Below, piece after piece: positions 56,968 through 64,000 of a stretch of DNA of 64,000 nt (the first letter of the stretch is position 1; each line of letters begins with the position of its first letter). The notes below the pieces were generated by a model, which searched no databases, had not been told where the DNA came from, and worked only from the letters and a program-made list of their open reading frames with translations. Origin of the DNA: Parapedobacter sp. 2B3 (lineage in GTDB: Bacteria > Bacteroidota > Bacteroidia > Sphingobacteriales > Sphingobacteriaceae); assembly GCF_041925275.1 (NCBI RefSeq), contig NZ_JBHEUZ010000014.1, positions 1-64,000 on the forward strand, read 5' to 3'. Position numbers and translations under genes: made by a program.

Positions 56968-57170
56968 AAGTATATAGATTAATTGGTTATTATATGTGGA
57001 CAAAGGTAGGAATCGACGTAAAATCGAGAGGGGACAAGGAAGTCAATTATAGGGGACGTCGATTCAAATCGATCCGTATGAATGCGATGTGCGCATAAAA
57101 GCTAATAGGAAAGGACCTCAGCATAATTTAAGAGGTGCCTTTCTATCCGTTAAAGAGTAAAGTAGCGGAA

Positions 57171-58538
57171 TTAACTCAGCTCCGCAAAATATTTATGAAA
57201 CAGCGGGATGGTCTCAATTCCCTTGAGGTAGTTCGCGATGTCGTACTTTTCATTGGGCGAGTGCAGGTTATCGCTATCAAGCCCGAATCCCATCAATACC
57301 GTTTTCAGTCCCAGCTCGTTTTCAAATAGCGACACGATGGGGATGCTTCCGCCGCCCCGTGTGGGGATGGGCTTCTTCCCGAAGGCTTCTTCGATGGCTT
57401 TTTCCGCCGCACGGTACGCAGTGCTGTCGGTGGGCGTTACCGCCGGTTGCCCACCGTGGTGAGGAGTTACTTTCACCGATACGTAATCCGGCGCGATGCT
57501 TCCGAAGTGCTTGGTGAAGAGTTTGGTGATGGTATCCGAATCTTGGTTGGGTACCAGGCGCATGGAAATCTTGGCATGCGCCTTTGAAGGGAGTACCGTT
57601 TTTGCTCCTTCGCCGATGTAACCACCCCAGATGCCGTTGAGCTCGAGGGTGGGCCGGATACCGGTGCGCTCGATCGTGGTGTATCCTTTTTCACCCCAGA
57701 CGGCTTTGATGCCCAGATCGGCTTTGTATTCGTTTTCGTCAAACGGCGCTGCGTTCAGCGCCTTCCGCTCGGCGGCGTCCAGTTCGGCGACGTCATCATA
57801 GAATCCGGGAATGGCGATGTGGTTATTTTCGTCGTGCAGGGAGGCGATCATCTTGGCCAGGACGGTGATGGGGTTGGCTACAGCTCCGCCGTATACGCCC
57901 GAGTGGAGATCGCGGTTGGGGCCGGTTACCTCCACTTCAAGGTAAGACAGCCCGCGTAGCCCCGTTTCCAACGAAGGGGTGTCGAGACTGATCATGGCCG
58001 TATCGGAGATCAGCACCACATCGGCTGCCAGCCGCTGCTTGTTGGCTTTTACGAAAGTGCCGAGGTTGTCTGATCCCACTTCTTCCTCGCCCTCGATCAT
58101 GAATTTGATATTGCAGGCTAGGGTGTCCGTGGCTTGCATCAGTTCGAACGCTTTTACGTGCATATAAAACTGCCCTTTATCGTCGCACGCGCCACGGGCG
58201 AAAATTTTGCCGTCGCGTATAGTGGGTTCGAAGGGTGGCGTCTCCCAAAGCTCCAGTGGGTCGGGTGGTTGTACATCGTAGTGTCCGTATACCAATACCG
58301 TGGGCTTAGCGGGGTCGATGATTTTCTCGCCATACACGATGGGGTGCCCGTCTGTGGGGCATACTTCTACGTTGTCGGCACCTGCGTCGCGCAATTTTCG
58401 GGCTACATATTCCGCGGCGTTCCGTACGTCGCCCTTGTATTTCGGGTCGGCGCTGACCGAGGGAAAGCGGAGCAATTCGATCAATTCATCCAAAAAGCGC
58501 TGGGTATTCGCTTCCACATATTTTTTGATTGTCTGCAT
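57171..58538 (-). CDS. M20-family dipeptidase (Sapep/PepV-like)
   Basis: 'VYGHYDVQP', 'GACDDKGQ', 'MIEGEEEVGS' metal-ligand blocks of peptidase M20. Confidence 0.8.
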   Translation of the reverse strand: MQTIKKYVEANTQRFLDELIELLRFPSVSADPKYKGDVRNAAEYVARKLRDAGADNVEVCPTDGHPIVYGEKIIDPAKPTVLVYGHYDVQPPDPLELWETPPFEPTIRDGKIFARGACDDKGQFYMHVKAFELMQATDTLACNIKFMIEGEEEVGSDNLGTFVKANKQRLAADVVLISDTAMISLDTPSLETGLRGLSYLEVEVTGPNRDLHSGVYGGAVANPITVLAKMIASLHDENNHIAIPGFYDDVAELDAAERKALNAAPFDENEYKADLGIKAVWGEKGYTTIERTGIRPTLELNGIWGGYIGEGAKTVLPSKAHAKISMRLVPNQDSDTITKLFTKHFGSIAPDYVSVKVTPHHGGQPAVTPTDSTAYRAAEKAIEEAFGKKPIPTRGGGSIPIVSLFENELGLKTVLMGFGLDSDNLHSPNEKYDIANYLKGIETIPLFHKYFAELS

Positions 58539-58546
58539 ATCGTAAG

Positions 58547-58667
58547 GCTTTGTGGCAAACTTAGCTAAATTGCCAGAGATAGGCAAATTAGCGGTCTCTC
58601 ACCTGCCTTAGAAAATGATATGCCAGGTGAAACTTAGCTAAATTGCCAGAGATAGCCAAATTAGCGG
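58547..58667. repeat. Two 48-bp near-identical direct repeats (period 73 bp), each containing an imperfect 11-bp inverted repeat GCTAAATTGCC-n7-GGCAAATTAGC; operator-like, begins 9 bp upstream of the M20 peptidase start
   Basis: Units at 58547-58594 and 58620-58667 differ at one position (g/c). Confidence 0.6.
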
Positions 58668-58997
58668 TCTCTCACCTAAGGAAAATAGGTTCATTATGCA
58701 ACATCTGGCATCCCTGCGCGTCAAAGAAGTGATAGTGCAGCAAGGGCCGTTGGATATTTTCCCCGGGGTACAGTTTGGATTATTACTAATTTTTCGTAGT
58801 TTTACGGCAAATTCGAAATATGGATCCGGTAGCGGGCGTGAATGTAACGGATTTGCTAAAAAATGTTAAATAATAGTGGAAAAAATAAAAACTATTTTTT
58901 TAGTTCTATATTTGCCGGCGGTCGAAGACCGGTCGGTAGGTGAGCTGATACGGAAGGCATTTGCCACCATCCTTTAAATTGTAGTATAAAACCAACT

Positions 58998-61796
58998 ATG
59001 AAGAGATCGCTCGTTACGTTCCTTATGGCTTGTGCCTATTGGTTCTCAGTATCTGCCCAAGAAGGGGTGTACTCCATCACTGGTACGGTCGTAGATACGG
59101 CTTCCGGCCAAAAACTTGCCAAATCATCCATCGTGCTGGTCCACGCCAAGGATTCGATGTTATACCGCTTCACCCGCACGGACGAGGCGGGCAGTTTCAA
59201 ACTCGGTAATCTTGATACGGGTGAATATATGCTCTTCGCCACCTTCCCCGAGTATGCGGACTATGTGGAGCGTTTTACACTCGATAGCACATCCACGATG
59301 ATGGATTTCGGCCATGTTGGATTGGTATTGCGGTCTAAGTTGCTGGAAGAGGTGTTGGTAAGCCGAAGCCAGGCGATCACCATCCGGGGTGATACTACCG
59401 AGTACGATGCCGCTAGTTTTACGATACAGCCCAACGCCAAGGTAGAGGACCTTCTTAAGCAACTTCCCGGTATCCAGGTAGATCAAGATGGCAAGATCAC
59501 GGCGCAGGGGCAGACGGTGAACAAGGTGCTTGTGGACGGTGAGGAGTTTTTCGGTGATGACCCCACGCTGGTGACCCGCAACCTGCGAGGAGACATGGTA
59601 GACAAAGTGCAGTTGTACGATAAGATGAGCGACCAGGCTGAGTTCACCGGTGTGGACGATGGCGAACGTTCGAAAACGCTCAATATCAAGTTGAAAGAGG
59701 ATAAGAAGAAAGGCTACTTTGGTAAAGTAGATGCTGGCGCGGGGACCAATGAGATGTACCAGGGGCAGGCCATGTTCAACCGATTCGACAACAAGCAGCG
59801 GTTCTCTGCTTTCGGTACCCTCGGCAATACGGGCCGTACCGGACTTAATTGGCAGGATGCCGACCGCTATTCGCCGTCAGGCAACACAACACTGATGGAA
59901 GATGGCGGGATCATGATTTCATTCGGTGGCGGGCAAGACGAGATCGAGTCGTGGGGCGGCCGCTATGACGGGCGCGGTATACCTTCTGTATTGAATGGTG
60001 GTGCATTCTATAGCAATAAATGGAACGATGGAAAGCAGTCGATCAACGGTAACTACAAAATCGGCGAACTGGGCGTAAAAGGCTCCAGCAGCACCATCAG
60101 CCAGAATAACCTCCCTACCGGTACCATCAATACCGAAGCGGGCCAAACGTTCGATCGGCGTATATTCCGCCAGCGCGGCGGTGCCATCTTCGAGGCGCAG
60201 TTCGACTCAACGTCCAATGTGAAGGTTACCGTGAATGGCTCCCTCAGAAATGGGGAGACCACGGAGTTCAACGAATCGGAGGGTAGCAATGGTACCGGGC
60301 AGCTGCTCAACAGATCGACACGGAATACCAATAACAAGACCGAAGGACAGGATGTGTACCTTTCGGCACTCTGGACCAAAAAACTACGGAAAAAGGGACG
60401 TACCCTATCGTGGGAGGTCAATGAGACCATCAACCAGAGCAAGGCCAACGGATTCCTTTACTCCGAAAACTCATTTTACAATGATGCAGGCGGGGTAGAT
60501 AGCCTGCTGCTGGTAGACCAGCTAAAGATCAACGATACGAAAAGCTCGGTGTTTAATTCGAATATTACCTACTCCGAACCGTTCACAAATGCGCTTTCGT
60601 TGGTGGTGAACTACCGGCTTACGGCCAATAACGGTACGTCCCTCCGTCAATCGTTCAACCCCGCAGGCAGCGGTAGTTATACGGACTTGGACTCGCTATA
60701 CAGCAACGACTTTAAGTTAAATCAGTTAGCCAACCAATTGGGAGCCATCTTTAATTTCAAAAAAGGCAAATCCACGCTCAATTTCGGTACGCGGGCGAGC
60801 CAGGTACAATTCGATCAGACCGACCGTTACATCAACAATCGGTTTGAGCGCAGCTTCACCAACCACAACCCGCAACTCCGCTGGCAATACCGGTTCTCGC
60901 AGCAAAAATCGTTCAATGTTTCGTATAACGGCAACAATACACAACCAACCATCAACCAGATACAGCCGGTGCGGGTGAACGATGACCCGATGAATATCGT
61001 GCTGGGCAATCCCGACCTCAAGCCATCGTATACCAACCGGTTTAATATGTCGTATAATTCGTTTAAGGTGCTGGGCAACCAATACATGTATTTCTCCGGT
61101 AGTTTTTCCAACACCAACAACGCCATCGTAAGCAATACGTACACCGACTCGGTGGGGCGCAATACCTTCCAGTATGCCAACCTGGACAATAAGACGCCGA
61201 TGAACTACTACTTTTATTCCAATTTCAGCAAAAACCTCAAGAAGTGGAACATCAACGTAGGCGCGGGGCTGAATACGAATGGCAATATCTATTACAACCT
61301 CACGAACGGCGCACTCAACAAGACGGTGAGCTCGAGCTATTCGGGAACGGTTTTCCTGCGGCAATACATCCAAAAGAAATACGATTTCAACCTTAGTTTC
61401 GGACCCAGCTACACGTATGGCGAGTCTTCCCTGCAGCCGGATCGGAATAACAACGGCTGGGGAATGAGTGGCCGGTATTCCTTCAATATTTACCTGCCTT
61501 GGAAATTCCAGATCACTTCGGAGGGAAATTATATGTATACGGCGGCTACCCAATCGTTTGACGAAAATTTCGAACGGTTTATCGCCGATGCTTCGGTGAG
61601 CAAAAAATTCCTGAAAGACGAAACCCTCCAGTTTTCTGTGGGCGTAAACGATATCTTCAATCAGAACGTCGGTTTCAGCCGCTCGGCCAGCAGCACGTAC
61701 ATTACGCAAAACCGTTATACCACCATCACGCGCTTCCTGATGTTCTCGCTTACGTGGGATTTCAACAAAATGGGCGGCGCATCCATTCAAAATTAA
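58998..61796 (+). CDS. Outer-membrane beta-barrel protein with N-terminal CarbopepD-regulatory-like domain (TonB-dependent-receptor-like, OMP_b-brl_3 type)
   Basis: Signal peptide; 'ITGTVVDTASGQKLAKSSIVL' CarbopepD_reg; long beta-rich body ending 'TWDF' (aromatic C-terminus). Confidence 0.65.
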   Translation: MKRSLVTFLMACAYWFSVSAQEGVYSITGTVVDTASGQKLAKSSIVLVHAKDSMLYRFTRTDEAGSFKLGNLDTGEYMLFATFPEYADYVERFTLDSTSTMMDFGHVGLVLRSKLLEEVLVSRSQAITIRGDTTEYDAASFTIQPNAKVEDLLKQLPGIQVDQDGKITAQGQTVNKVLVDGEEFFGDDPTLVTRNLRGDMVDKVQLYDKMSDQAEFTGVDDGERSKTLNIKLKEDKKKGYFGKVDAGAGTNEMYQGQAMFNRFDNKQRFSAFGTLGNTGRTGLNWQDADRYSPSGNTTLMEDGGIMISFGGGQDEIESWGGRYDGRGIPSVLNGGAFYSNKWNDGKQSINGNYKIGELGVKGSSSTISQNNLPTGTINTEAGQTFDRRIFRQRGGAIFEAQFDSTSNVKVTVNGSLRNGETTEFNESEGSNGTGQLLNRSTRNTNNKTEGQDVYLSALWTKKLRKKGRTLSWEVNETINQSKANGFLYSENSFYNDAGGVDSLLLVDQLKINDTKSSVFNSNITYSEPFTNALSLVVNYRLTANNGTSLRQSFNPAGSGSYTDLDSLYSNDFKLNQLANQLGAIFNFKKGKSTLNFGTRASQVQFDQTDRYINNRFERSFTNHNPQLRWQYRFSQQKSFNVSYNGNNTQPTINQIQPVRVNDDPMNIVLGNPDLKPSYTNRFNMSYNSFKVLGNQYMYFSGSFSNTNNAIVSNTYTDSVGRNTFQYANLDNKTPMNYYFYSNFSKNLKKWNINVGAGLNTNGNIYYNLTNGALNKTVSSSYSGTVFLRQYIQKKYDFNLSFGPSYTYGESSLQPDRNNNGWGMSGRYSFNIYLPWKFQITSEGNYMYTAATQSFDENFERFIADASVSKKFLKDETLQFSVGVNDIFNQNVGFSRSASSTYITQNRYTTITRFLMFSLTWDFNKMGGASIQN

Positions 61797-61801
61797 CGAC
61801 T

Positions 61802-62584
61802 ATGAAGATAAGAACAGTTCAGCTATTCACGTGTTTGTTTGCGGCGGTGCTTTGTGCCCAGTCGGTGCGGGCGCAGTATGCCCGGTTTGTGGAGAGCGGT
61901 GTCATCGAGTTTGAAAAGCGGGTGAATATGTATGCCAAAATCAAGGACCGGATCGGCAACAGCAGTTTTATGGAGCAGGCCTATGAGCAATATAAGCGAT
62001 CCAACCCGCAATTCAAGGCGTTCAAATATAACTTGGCGTTCAACGGCACCACAACACGGTTTTGGCCCCAGGAAAGCCAGGCGGCGGCATCGGGCGGCTT
62101 CTTCGGCAGTGACCCGTCCATAGACATGGGCAATACCATCGTTACCGATCTGCTTGCCCAGCAAAGCACCGGCCAGAAAAGCATCTACGAGGAAACCTAT
62201 TTGATTACCGACAGCGTGCGCCAGATCCAATGGCGTTTCACCAACGAATCGCGTGAAATTGCTGGCTACGAATGCCGCCGCGCCAATGCACTGGTGCTCG
62301 ATTCCATCTACGTTGTCGCGTTTTACACCGATCAGATCCCTGTTTCGGGTGGCCCCGAATCGTTTACCGGCTTGCCGGGTATGATACTTGGGGTAGCTCT
62401 TCCCCACGAAAACGTAACCTATTTCGCTACCAAGGTAGACGACCGGCCGGTATCGGCCAAAGAGCTGGCACCGCCCACTAAGGGGAAGGCGGTCAACTAC
62501 CGCGAGTTGCGCGAGCAGCTGGAAGCTAGCCTGAAGAATTGGGGCGACTATGCGAAATCCATCCTGAAAGCCATGCTGCTCTGA
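61802..62584 (+). CDS. GLPGLI-family protein
   Basis: Signal peptide; signature 'FTGLPGMILGVALPHENVTYFA'. Confidence 0.7.
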   Translation: MKIRTVQLFTCLFAAVLCAQSVRAQYARFVESGVIEFEKRVNMYAKIKDRIGNSSFMEQAYEQYKRSNPQFKAFKYNLAFNGTTTRFWPQESQAAASGGFFGSDPSIDMGNTIVTDLLAQQSTGQKSIYEETYLITDSVRQIQWRFTNESREIAGYECRRANALVLDSIYVVAFYTDQIPVSGGPESFTGLPGMILGVALPHENVTYFATKVDDRPVSAKELAPPTKGKAVNYRELREQLEASLKNWGDYAKSILKAMLL

Positions 62585-62708
62585 TCCCGGCCATTCAGCC
62601 CCAAAACTCTCCTTAAATCCCTGCCATCAGCGTAATCTTTCAATGGCGGCGGAGAGATTAAGAGAATTTGCCTAAGTTTGTGCCTTCATTAAGGTGCAAG
62701 GAAACAGC

Positions 62709-63653
62709 ATGCCAGTAAAGATACCCGATAGTCTCCCAGCGATAGCGCAACTGAAGAATGAGAATATTTTTGTGATGGATGACCGCCGGGCCAACACGCA
62801 GGATATCCGTCCGATGCGCGTCATCATCCTTAACCTGATGCCGTTGAAAATATCAACCGAGACCGATTTTATCAGGTTGCTATCCAATAACCCGTTGCAA
62901 GTGGAGATTGAGTTTCTGCGCTTAGATACCCATACGCCCAAAAACACCCCTTTAGAGCACCTGGAGCTGTTTTACAAGGGTTTCAAGGAGGTGGCCGATA
63001 ACTATTACGATGGCATGATCATCACTGGTGCGCCGGTAGAACAGTTGGCGTTTGAAGATGTTTCCTATTGGGACGAGATGAAGATGATTTTTGAATGGGC
63101 GCGGACGCACGTTACTTCCACGCTGTATATCTGTTGGGCCTCGCAAGCGGCACTTTACCATTTTCACGATGTGAGGAAGGTGCCGTTGGATAGGAAGCTG
63201 TTCGGTGTTTTCAAGCATACGGCGCTTGATAAAAGACATCCCTTGTTCCGGGGGTTCGACGATGAGTTCTACATCCCGCATAGCCGCCATACCACCCTCG
63301 CGGATGAAGACCTGAACGGTGCGTTAGGGGTTGATGTCCTCGCTACGTCGGCGGAGGCAGGCGTGGCGATTGCGGCAACACGGGGCGGCAGAGAGTTTTA
63401 CCTGACAGGGCATTCGGAATATGCGCCATGGACCCTCCATGAGGAGTATATCCGCGACCTGGAAAAAGGGGCTCCCATCGACCTGCCGAAGCATTATTAC
63501 GCGGGCGATGATCCGAAAAGTGAGCCGGTAGTCCGCTGGGCCAGCCACGCGAACCTATTGTTCAATAATTGGCTGAACTACTTCGTTTACCAGGAGACAC
63601 CGTACGATTTGACGGATATCGCACATTTAGGGGAAATAAAACCGCACGGATAG
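62709..63653 (+). CDS. metA: Homoserine O-acyltransferase MetA (O-succinyl/O-acetyl)
   Basis: 'MPVKIPDSLPA...IRPMRVIILNLMP.K..TE.DF.RLL' canonical MetA N-terminus; about 315 aa. Confidence 0.85.
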   Translation: MPVKIPDSLPAIAQLKNENIFVMDDRRANTQDIRPMRVIILNLMPLKISTETDFIRLLSNNPLQVEIEFLRLDTHTPKNTPLEHLELFYKGFKEVADNYYDGMIITGAPVEQLAFEDVSYWDEMKMIFEWARTHVTSTLYICWASQAALYHFHDVRKVPLDRKLFGVFKHTALDKRHPLFRGFDDEFYIPHSRHTTLADEDLNGALGVDVLATSAEAGVAIAATRGGREFYLTGHSEYAPWTLHEEYIRDLEKGAPIDLPKHYYAGDDPKSEPVVRWASHANLLFNNWLNYFVYQETPYDLTDIAHLGEIKPHG

Positions 63654-63664
63654 CACGTCGCGCC

Positions 63665-64000
63665 CTATTTATAGAGTAGGTATTGTTTTCTCATCGTTTT
63701 ATAGGCCTCCAAGCCCGGTTCCCATGATTTGCGGATTTCCGCTGCTGCTACGCCTGCTTCGATCTGTTTCTTAAATTCATAGACACCGGCCAGGTAATCG
63801 ATATTGCCGATTTGCCGGTGTATGCTCCGATCGAAGAACTGGGCCTTGTCGGGGAATTTGGCATACAGCTCGATTATCCAATCCAGGTTGATTTGCTTCG
63901 CTGCCACCAGTTTTTCCAAGTCCTCATCACGGAGGTCCATGCCGTAGCATGTTTGGTCTTGGTAGATGGGATCTTCCGCTCGGCCGGGCATGGAGACAGG
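63665..64000 (-). CDS. 3' end of a gene continuing beyond the window; possibly DUF1343 / NamZ-like (exo-beta-N-acetylmuramidase family) C-terminus
   Basis: 108-aa C-terminal fragment; family call from faint memory of the 'YLAGVYEF' region and is weak. Confidence 0.3.
   Translation of the reverse strand, partial: PVSMPGRAEDPIYQDQTCYGMDLRDEDLEKLVAAKQINLDWIIELYAKFPDKAQFFDRSIHRQIGNIDYLAGVYEFKKQIEAGVAAAEIRKSWEPGLEAYKTMRKQYLLYK

Noticed and set aside
30505-57003. Possibility that the sulfatase PUL is a horizontally acquired mobile island
   Set aside because: No integrase, transposase, tRNA target or flanking direct repeats are visible, and GC content is uniform with the flanks.

Overview
This is a roughly 55% GC Bacteroidota-type chromosomal segment; the SusC/SusD pair, an HTCS regulator, GLPGLI and flotillin/NfeD genes all support that assignment. 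It is densely coding on both strands, with no rRNA, tRNA, CRISPR array or transposase that I can recognise. Five regions stand out.

(i) Positions 5.9-12.0 kb carry a four-gene minus-strand module. In transcription order it is a membrane GAF hybrid sensor kinase with three receiver domains, CheR, a receiver-less CheB, and a REC-HK-REC hybrid kinase. No MCP, CheA or CheW lies anywhere in the window. The first kinase has a Gln/Glu-rich heptad coiled coil (QQEEL x2) just before its H-box, which looks like a methylation/deamidation target. This is the best candidate for a poorly described methylation-adapted two-component system.

(ii) Positions 30.5-57.0 kb are a large polysaccharide utilization locus. 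It has SusC/SusD, a 1367-aa HTCS regulator, five Cys-type sulfatase domains in four genes (one a natural tandem double-sulfatase fusion of 973 aa), two GH2 enzymes, a GH128-like Glyco_hydro_cc hydrolase, a beta-helix protein and an FAD-oxidoreductase-family protein. This points to a sulfated glycan as substrate.

(iii) Positions 24.3-28.3 kb hold a trpD-trpF-trpB-trpA operon without trpC, trpE or trpG. It is preceded by a 15-codon leader ORF ending in three consecutive Trp codons (MNVTSGHITWWWHSI), a perfect intrinsic terminator (the attenuator), and then two unusual 70-nt hairpin-containing tandem repeats.

(iv) Positions 18.2-21.4 kb encode a TonB-dependent receptor with an N-terminal heavy-metal-associated CxxC domain and a His-rich stretch, next to a small His/Cys-rich HYCCG protein.

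(v) Two separate SPFH systems are present: FloA, and a flotillin-NfeD pair.

The window also contains two dihydrolipoyl dehydrogenase paralogs, a cupredoxin, KdsC, Maf, MetA, an M20 dipeptidase and several repeat/palindrome elements in intergenic regions.
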